Of a stretch of 64,000 nucleotides of DNA, positions 57,984-64,000 are shown in pieces. The translations under genes and the position numbers were made by a program. How positions within the stretch are numbered: position 1 is the first letter of the stretch; each line of letters begins with the position of its first letter. A model generated the notes under the pieces. The model saw only the letters and a list, made by a program, of their open reading frames with translations, was not told the origin of the DNA and ran no database searches. This DNA is from Clostridia bacterium (GTDB lineage: Bacteria > Bacillota > Peptococcia > DRI-13 > SM3-B62). The stretch covers positions 62,170-126,169 of the forward strand of contig JAHDQS010000015.1 of assembly GCA_018433675.1 (NCBI GenBank), in the 5' to 3' direction.

Positions 57984-60059
57984 TCATTCCTTCTGTAGAA
58001 CACGGATAAATCTTACCAGATGGCCGTTCTTTCCAAGCCAAGCAAAGGATATGATGAGAATTATGGCGATAATCATACTGCGGCAGGCATGCCAGCAAGA
58101 CCAAAGCCATAGCTGTATCGTGTTTAAACCGTATAAGTCCTTTACGGCTTCTTCCCATTTCATTCCCGAGCCGACCTTGTGCAAAAGCGTGTTAAAATCA
58201 GCAGGGTTTTTGGCTTGTAGATATTTGAGGGTCAAGACGTGTTTCCCTTTTCCTAATAGCAGGCTATCACCCAGTTCGGATAACTGTTTTTCCGGTAAAT
58301 TGTTCCACCCCAAACCGAACAGGTGAGACAAAAAATGACCGTGAACTTGATTCTTTACCGTGACAGGAGAAAAGGGCGGCGGTGAATACAGCAAGAAGAG
58401 CGGTCCTTGATACTCATCGATATAATCGTGGCGCTTGCCCAGAAAAATAAAGTATGGAGTACCGCCGTGCAAAGAGATAAAATCGGATTCGTTCAACATC
58501 TGCAAATAGCTTTTAAACCATTTTCTGATTTCGTCCTGGTCTTCGGCCGAGTAGTCGGCCAGAACCAGATTGGCACCGGACAGGTTTTCCGTATGACCTG
58601 TGATCTCGTCGGTAATATAAAAGGCCTCTTTTTTGCCGGAAGAGGATTGTTTCCCGGACTTATCGACCGCGAAGAATTCATAGTATATTCGCAGCAGTGG
58701 ACCTTCTGCTTCAATAAAACAGGAAGGATTGTGTTTGTATTTGAAGGGTGTGACTGGCAGGGGAATACTGGTAACATTTCCCTCCTCCCAATAATAATCA
58801 AGGGTAATTTCCTTAATGTCACCGTCGCTATCGACAACGGTGGTTTGTAGGTTCAATCCGGCCGTGCCTTTTTCATGTTCTGCCAAGGTGCTATTGAAGA
58901 CAGGTATCGAATAATCGAGTTTTTCTTCCGGAAGCTGTGCTGCCAGCCATTCCTGTATCAAAGGATGAATCTGCAGTTCTTTGACTCTGGTGTAGTACTT
59001 AGAGAGCTTTGTCGCTTGGCCTGCCGCTGTTTTACCAAGAGCCCAATAAGCACGAGGGGTCGTAGTTTCATAAAAATAGAGTTCTTCCCATACTGTATTG
59101 GCTTTATCTTTTTCCCCGGCTTTTTCTAAATAATACGCTTCGCCAATGCGCAAGGCCTCTTTTTTTTCTTTGGGTACCAATTCGCATCTTCTTGCGAAGA
59201 CAGCGGCGGCTTGGCGGTAGTTGCCGGCCTCGATATATGCAGAGAGAAGGGTTTTTTCAGCGGTGTTGAGTTCTTCCGTCCAAGTGGCTTTTTCGTTAAT
59301 TATGTCTAGACAGAGGACAACATCACATAGGTCTTCAGGAATATCCCAGGTCCAAAAAAAGTAATCTCCGTTAATTGTATACTCTTCCGGTTCTAAACAC
59401 ACGATGTTGCCCAGATTCACTTCAGGATCGGTAAAACCGACAGTTACGCTGCTTGAGAATCCTTCGGCGAGCTCAAAACCTGTTTCGGGAGGATTGGTCA
59501 ATCCCACAACCGTCAGACCGTTCTCATCGATTCTGTTTTTGGTTTGATACTCGATATGCAGCTCAAGGGTTTCCAGAGGTTCGAAGGCTATTGTCCAGAG
59601 ATAGGTGTCGTCATCCTCGTTATATCCAAAGTCGATATCCTGTTCATTGCCGCTGATTTCTATCGTAACGGGAGGGAGCGGTTCGGCATCGTTTCCTTCC
59701 GTTACGACCTTCTTTTCGCTGTTCTGTTCATCATTGTCAGCCTCGTTTGTCTGATCAGCTATCAAAAGATGATCGGCTGGTAGAGACATGGTGAGCTTAT
59801 CGCTTTTTTCAGCAGGATTTAGCAGGAAATAATCGGCTTTAATGGTCGTTGTTTCCTCAGATAATTCCAGGTATATTTTGGATTTATCCATAACAATATC
59901 GGTATTACCCCGAGGACCGGGCTGTACCGACAAAGAAGTCTCTTTTTCCGAAGCTGTTTGCGCCGAAGGTGTCCCGGGGGCCGCCTTGGTCAGAAAGGGA
60001 TTACCCAGAAACAAAAGACCTAAAGAAATGCAAATAGCTGTTTGCCGAATATTTTTCAT
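57984..60059 (-). CDS. Hypothetical secreted, C-terminally anchored protein (about 691 aa)
   Basis: ATG at 60059 follows GGAGA. Signal peptide MKNIRQTAICISLGLLFLGNPFLTKAAPG and C-terminal hydrophobic helix MIIAIILIISFAWLG. No domain recognised. Confidence 0.65.
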   Translation of the reverse strand: MKNIRQTAICISLGLLFLGNPFLTKAAPGTPSAQTASEKETSLSVQPGPRGNTDIVMDKSKIYLELSEETTTIKADYFLLNPAEKSDKLTMSLPADHLLIADQTNEADNDEQNSEKKVVTEGNDAEPLPPVTIEISGNEQDIDFGYNEDDDTYLWTIAFEPLETLELHIEYQTKNRIDENGLTVVGLTNPPETGFELAEGFSSSVTVGFTDPEVNLGNIVCLEPEEYTINGDYFFWTWDIPEDLCDVVLCLDIINEKATWTEELNTAEKTLLSAYIEAGNYRQAAAVFARRCELVPKEKKEALRIGEAYYLEKAGEKDKANTVWEELYFYETTTPRAYWALGKTAAGQATKLSKYYTRVKELQIHPLIQEWLAAQLPEEKLDYSIPVFNSTLAEHEKGTAGLNLQTTVVDSDGDIKEITLDYYWEEGNVTSIPLPVTPFKYKHNPSCFIEAEGPLLRIYYEFFAVDKSGKQSSSGKKEAFYITDEITGHTENLSGANLVLADYSAEDQDEIRKWFKSYLQMLNESDFISLHGGTPYFIFLGKRHDYIDEYQGPLFLLYSPPPFSPVTVKNQVHGHFLSHLFGLGWNNLPEKQLSELGDSLLLGKGKHVLTLKYLQAKNPADFNTLLHKVGSGMKWEEAVKDLYGLNTIQLWLWSCWHACRSMIIAIILIISFAWLGKNGHLVRFIRVLQKE

Positions 60060-60236
60060 GATTATATTCTCCTGCTCGCTGTTAATTATCATAAGATCTG
60101 TTTCAATTCTAGATTAATACCTGCAACAAATCAATGTTTACTTGCTGCCAACTTTTTTATTCTGGGCCTTGTGAGGTCTCGGCAATTATTGTTATAATAG
60201 TAGAAATATTTAACTTGGTCCAAATGGGGGACAGAT

Positions 60237-61619
60237 ATGGATAAAGCCGTAAAAATACTGCAGTCGGAGTTTAAGATATTAGTGTACAGGAATATTTTAA
60301 AGGACTTTCATGTTAAAAAGTTAATGAAGCTTTTAAAGGCGGTAGCGGAGACGAACGCATCGAAAGATGAGGTTTTGGAGTATTATTTGGATTTTGTTTC
60401 AAATTTCCTTTCATATGCGGTGGAGTCAGGATCCGGGGATAACGACGTTTGGCAGGAATATATTCTTAACTTGATCCTGCTGGATGATAACGTCTTCAGC
60501 CGCCAAGCAGAATCCCTGCCTTGCGAGAGTATTTCCGATAAGCTTAAGGAACTTGCCGGGAAAGACTTGCAACAATTGCAGCTTTTGGCCTCTGTTTCCG
60601 GTGCGTCCCTGCGGAGTATGCTGACAAAGAGATTAAGGAAGGATTATGATGAGAAGCTTTTGCCTGACTGGGAAGGAATCAGCCGAAAGGAGACAATGGA
60701 AAAAAGCTTAAACGAAAAAGCTTCGTCCGAACTAATAGATTATTTCCGAAAGATCGAGGATTGGGGCGAGGTTTTAGAGGCTTTATGCCGGCATTATTAT
60801 CGCAATGGTGTGGGTATCTTTGGGCGGTTTCATTGCTTTCGTTGGGTGAAAAACGGCAGTCCCGGCAAGCTGGTGGGGGTTGCAAATCCTGATCCGGTAC
60901 GTTTGGAACAGTTGTATGAGTATAAAAGCGAACAGGAAAAGATTATTGAGAATACTGAGCAGTTCCTGGCGGGATATCCTGCTAATAATGTGCTTTTATA
61001 TGGTGATAGGGGTACGGGAAAATCCTCAACGGTCAAGGCGTTGGTGAATGAGTACGGCGCAGAAGGATTACGTCTGGTAGAGATGCAAAAACAGGATTTA
61101 GGAGATTTTCCTGAGGTTGTTGCCTCGTTAGCAGGTCATCCGCAGAAATTTTTACTTTTTATTGATGATCTTTCCTTCAGTGAGCAGGAGGGACAGTACC
61201 GAGATTTAAAAGCTCTTTTGGAAGGCGGCTTGGAGTCTAGACCGAAAAATGTGTTGGTTTACGCCACTTCTAATCGAAGGCATCTTGTTCAAGAAAAATT
61301 TACCGACAGGGACCAGTATTTTGAAGGAAATGACGATGTCCGACACATGGATACTATGCAGGAGAAACTTTCTTTAGCAGATAGGTTTGGTATAACGGTG
61401 ACGTTTATCACGCCGGACCAGAAGCGATATTTGGCGATTGTTGAAAAAATGGTCAAAGAGAGAAAGATAGCCATAACTAATGAAGAATTGAGGCGAAGAG
61501 CCTTGAAGTGGGAACTGAGCTTTAACACCAGATCGGCACGTACTGCAAAACAGTTTGTAGATTATCTGGAGGGACAAATGGCTTTAAAGGATTCCGACAG
61601 TAGACTTATTAATCATTGA
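60237..61619 (+). CDS. DUF815-type AAA ATPase with long N-terminal extension
   Basis: NNVLLYGDRGTGKSSTVKAL Walker A and FLLFIDDLSF Walker B, as typical of DUF815. Confidence 0.75.
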   Translation: MDKAVKILQSEFKILVYRNILKDFHVKKLMKLLKAVAETNASKDEVLEYYLDFVSNFLSYAVESGSGDNDVWQEYILNLILLDDNVFSRQAESLPCESISDKLKELAGKDLQQLQLLASVSGASLRSMLTKRLRKDYDEKLLPDWEGISRKETMEKSLNEKASSELIDYFRKIEDWGEVLEALCRHYYRNGVGIFGRFHCFRWVKNGSPGKLVGVANPDPVRLEQLYEYKSEQEKIIENTEQFLAGYPANNVLLYGDRGTGKSSTVKALVNEYGAEGLRLVEMQKQDLGDFPEVVASLAGHPQKFLLFIDDLSFSEQEGQYRDLKALLEGGLESRPKNVLVYATSNRRHLVQEKFTDRDQYFEGNDDVRHMDTMQEKLSLADRFGITVTFITPDQKRYLAIVEKMVKERKIAITNEELRRRALKWELSFNTRSARTAKQFVDYLEGQMALKDSDSRLINH

Positions 61620-61644
61620 CAAAAATGTTTTCGGAGAATACTAT
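61616..61644 (+). promoter_or_regulatory. Putative sigma-A promoter for the L-box leader
   Basis: TTGACA, a 17-nt spacer, then TACTAT. Confidence 0.5.
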
Positions 61645-61685
61645 ATATAACAAAGCTTAATAGGAATTGCCTCACTCTTTTGCGA

Positions 61686-61864
61686 GTGGGGTAGGGGCGC
61701 AGACGTCAAGAGTAACTCGTGGAGCGTGGTAGCTGTGAAGCGAGCCAAAGGGGCGTTTGCCGAAGTGTAGTGAGTTACCGCACTCATTGCGCTGGTTCTG
61801 CATTTAAGAGATGCAGGACTGTCAACCGGTGGTTCGCCCGATGCCGGTTGGAGAACTATCTCAC
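61686..61864 (+). promoter_or_regulatory. Lysine (L-box) riboswitch aptamer
   Basis: Conserved L-box blocks are present: TAGGGGCGC...CAAGAGTAAC...AAAGGGGCGTTTGCCGAAG...GGACTGTCAACCGG. P1 can form between GTGGGGTAG (61686-61694) and CTATCTCAC (61856-61864). Confidence 0.85.
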
Positions 61865-61894
61865 GAGGGGCAGGAGGGGGGCAGAAGCGTTCGA

Positions 61895-61930
61895 CAGCTA
61901 AGGCATGTCCTTTAGCTGATTTTTCTATTT
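61895..61930 (+). terminator. Candidate expression-platform terminator of the L-box
   Basis: CAGCTAAGG/CCTTTAGCTG stem followed by ATTTTTCTATTTT. Confidence 0.6.
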
Positions 61931-61979
61931 TGGGACTGCTCATTGATGAGCAGCAAAGACATTGAGTAGTAAAAAACTA

Positions 61980-62007
61980 TTGACTTACTAAGGGAAAACT
62001 GTATAAT
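61980..62007 (+). promoter_or_regulatory. Near-consensus sigma-A promoter between the L-box terminator and asd
   Basis: TTGACT, a 16-nt spacer, then TATAAT (TG immediately upstream). Confidence 0.5.
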
Positions 62008-62111
62008 ACCTATTATAAATATCCGCCGCAGGCAGATAAATGTCCGCGGGGAATAGACACCATAAAATGAGGCTTAATGCTGAAACTTAATAGAGAAAGG
62101 GTGTTCGTAGA

Positions 62112-63140
62112 ATGAAAGAGTATCGCATAGCGGTTGTGGGAATGGGCGCAGTGGGAAGAGAAATGGTTGCTACCTTAGAGAGATCTTCGTTGCCTGTATC
62201 TGAACTTTTACCCCTGGTGCGGAGAAATGAAGGAGAACCTATTTCTTTTAGGGGACGCACTTATAAAACGGTAAAGGTTAATAAAGGTGTTTTTAAGGGT
62301 GTTGATATTGCACTATTTTCCGCAGGGGAGCAAGCCAGCAAAGAATTGGCACCGATGGCGGTTGAGGAGGGAGCTGTTGTAATCGACAACAGTAATGCCT
62401 TCCGGATGGATCCGGAAATCCCCTTGGTTGTGCCCGAGGTTAATCCGTTGGATGCCAAGAAACACAGAGGGCTGATTGCCAATCCCAATTGTTCGACCAT
62501 TCAGATGGTGGTTGCCTTGAAGCCGTTACATGATTTATATAAGATTAAAAGAATTGTTGTGTCTACGTATCAAGCGGTGTCCGGAACCGGATACAAAGCG
62601 ATAGACGAGCTGAACGAACAGGTGAGCGCGTATATCTCCCAAGAGGAAATAAAAAACAGCGTTTATCCGCATCAGATCGCTTTCAATGCCTTGCCGCATA
62701 TCGATGTTTTCCTCGATAACGGATATAGCAAGGAAGAAATGAAAATGCATAATGAAACCAGGAAAATCATGGGGGACGAAAACATTCAGGTTTCGGCTAC
62801 AGCGGTAAGAATTCCGGTGGTACGCTGCCATTCCGAGGCGGTAAACATAGAGACTGAAGAACCTATGCCTTCCGTGGAAGAGATAAGAAAAATACTGGAT
62901 GGGGCACCGGGTGTTAAAGTAATCGATGACGTGGCGAATAATGCCTATCCGTTGGCTGTTGACTGCCAGTACAAATATGGAGTGTTTGTCGGGAGAATAC
63001 GTAAGGACTACAGTATACCAAACGGACTAAACATGTGGGTTGTAGCCGACAATCTTCTAAAAGGTGCGGCATTGAATGCGGTGCAAATTGCCGAGTTGTT
63101 AGCTGAAAAGAATTGGGTTTCAAAGGATGCCGGATGTTAA
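62112..63140 (+). CDS. asd: Aspartate-semialdehyde dehydrogenase
   Basis: VVGMGAVGREM NAD motif, active-site NPNCSTI, and length and C-terminus typical of Firmicute Asd. Confidence 0.95.
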   Translation: MKEYRIAVVGMGAVGREMVATLERSSLPVSELLPLVRRNEGEPISFRGRTYKTVKVNKGVFKGVDIALFSAGEQASKELAPMAVEEGAVVIDNSNAFRMDPEIPLVVPEVNPLDAKKHRGLIANPNCSTIQMVVALKPLHDLYKIKRIVVSTYQAVSGTGYKAIDELNEQVSAYISQEEIKNSVYPHQIAFNALPHIDVFLDNGYSKEEMKMHNETRKIMGDENIQVSATAVRIPVVRCHSEAVNIETEEPMPSVEEIRKILDGAPGVKVIDDVANNAYPLAVDCQYKYGVFVGRIRKDYSIPNGLNMWVVADNLLKGAALNAVQIAELLAEKNWVSKDAGC

Positions 63141-63190
63141 TTGCCCGGGCAATATCGGGGGCGTAATAAGGCAGTATTATTGTTTAAAAA

Positions 63191-63238
63191 GGGATGAGCA
63201 AATCGGTTTTGCCGGTTGGGATGCTCCTCCCTTTTATT
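63191..63238 (+). terminator. Intrinsic terminator after asd
   Basis: GGGATGAGCA...TGCTCCTCCC stem (one mismatch) followed by TTTTATT. Confidence 0.7.
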
Positions 63239-63339
63239 GTGAAATAGATTGTTTTTACTTTTTGTCTTGTTAAACTGGGAAAAATAAGAGATGTATGGTA
63301 TTGTTAATATATGATTATTTGGAGGATATTTCTTGCTTA

Positions 63340-64000
63340 TTGGGGGCGAAAAAGTTGGTATTGAAACATGGTAAACGGCTCCGGTTTCTATTGCTTTGGG
63401 CAAGTATAGGTCTGGTTGTGCTGTTGTTTGCAGGGGTTTTTTGGGGGCTTAATCGTGTCGGCGAAATAGCCAGCCTGCCAGAAAACGGTTTCAGCGACAC
63501 CTTAACAATAAAAGCACTTAAGGAAGATTCATTAGGCGCGTCGGTTGATACGGCTTTCGAAATAATCAGCCAAGAGCCTCTTCAAGAAAAAACAGTTGAA
63601 GAGTATTTGAAGATAAAGCCGGCTGTAGAGTACGAATTAAAAAAGGAGGCTGGCGGCAAGAAGTACAAAGTAAGGCCTTTGATGCAGTTAGAGGCAAATA
63701 AGATTTACACTTTGTCATTGGATCCTACCGGAAAGGACAGGGAATGCAATACCTGGGCCTTTCAAACGAAAAAGGACTTTGGAGTGGTGGGGACCTTGCC
63801 GCGTGACAGTGCGGCCTTTGTACCGGTTGATACAGGGGTAGAAATAATTTTCACTCACGATAGCTTTGATTTGTCAGTGATGGCAGAATATTTTAGCATC
63901 TCCCCTCAGGTACAGGGGCGTTTCGAACAGTATGAAAATACTCTTGTTTTTGTTCCTCAGAGTTTGAACCCGGGAACATTATATACGGTTAGCCTAAAAA
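63340..64000 (+). CDS. N-terminally anchored protein with Ig-like (SbsA/Big_5-type) domains, possibly alpha-2-macroglobulin-family; 5' part only
   Basis: Own translation, open to the window end: ...KRLRFLLLWASIGLVVLLFAGVFWGL...GTLPRDSAAFVPVDTGVEIIFTHDSFD...TLVFVPQSLNPGTLYTVSLK. The start codon is uncertain: in-frame TTG at 63340 or 63355, or ATG at 63295. Confidence 0.55.
   Translation, partial: MGAKKLVLKHGKRLRFLLLWASIGLVVLLFAGVFWGLNRVGEIASLPENGFSDTLTIKALKEDSLGASVDTAFEIISQEPLQEKTVEEYLKIKPAVEYELKKEAGGKKYKVRPLMQLEANKIYTLSLDPTGKDRECNTWAFQTKKDFGVVGTLPRDSAAFVPVDTGVEIIFTHDSFDLSVMAEYFSISPQVQGRFEQYENTLVFVPQSLNPGTLYTVSLK

Noticed and set aside
61641-61943. 100-aa minus-strand and 60-aa plus-strand ORFs between the DUF815 gene and asd
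   Set aside because: Both are embedded in the lysine riboswitch. The RNA-structure explanation accounts for the conservation-like features.
63141-63152. Perfect 12-bp palindrome TTGCCCGGGCAA overlapping the last base of the asd stop codon and extending downstream
   Set aside because: It is short and isolated. It is probably an incidental small hairpin ahead of the real terminator at 63191-63238.
63137-63500. 88-aa and 61-aa minus-strand ORFs downstream of asd
   Set aside because: They overlap the asd terminator and the start of the plus-strand Ig-like-domain gene, which is open to the window end. They have no SD or recognisable motif.
1-64000. Looked for CRISPR arrays, tRNA or rRNA genes, IS elements, transposases, integrases, phage genes and long repeats
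   Set aside because: I found no repeat-spacer periodicity, no cloverleaf-like or rRNA-like segments, and no recombinase or transposase-like translations. The window is wall-to-wall housekeeping and accessory metabolic genes. Only short tandem or direct repeats (11-12 bp units) are present.

Overview
This 64-kb window reads as core chromosome of an endospore-forming Firmicute, probably class Clostridia (Peptococcaceae-like). The supporting gene content is listed here.
- A gerA-type germinant receptor operon.
- A DUF881-sbp-DUF881 cluster placed divergently from cdaA-cdaR-glmM.
- The run acpS-nnr-alr-mazEF.
- Three hydrolase genes followed directly by tsaE-tsaB-rimI-tsaD-glnS.
- ilvA under a T-box leader.
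- pfkA, a UPF0182 membrane protein, type III glutamine synthetase and lepB.
- An Mre11/Rad50-type sbcDC pair, trmB, a ttcA-like gene and clpB with a CtsR operator.
- Two MacB-type ABC/HlyD efflux modules flanking a coiled-coil M23 peptidase.
- A DUF815 ATPase.
- asd preceded by a lysine (L-box) riboswitch.

I saw no rRNA or tRNA genes, CRISPR arrays, transposases, integrases or prophage genes. Coding density is high, and many genes overlap or end in clear intrinsic terminators.

The least explained content, in rough order of interest:
1. A six-gene cassette at 38.4-40.2 kb. Two paralogous helical proteins bracket three tandem tiny single-TM peptides, and two of those peptides fall below the ORF-track cutoff.
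2. A YGPCPP-repeat Cys/Pro/Gly mini-protein at 42.0 kb.
3. An operon running from a secreted 691-aa unknown protein through a MacB-type ABC transporter and a HlyD adaptor to an M23 peptidase.
4. A 543-aa orphan protein.
5. An EF-hand-like protein.
6. An L-box that is separated from asd by its own terminator and a near-consensus promoter.

All functional calls come from reading the translations and motifs against family knowledge held in memory. No database search was run.
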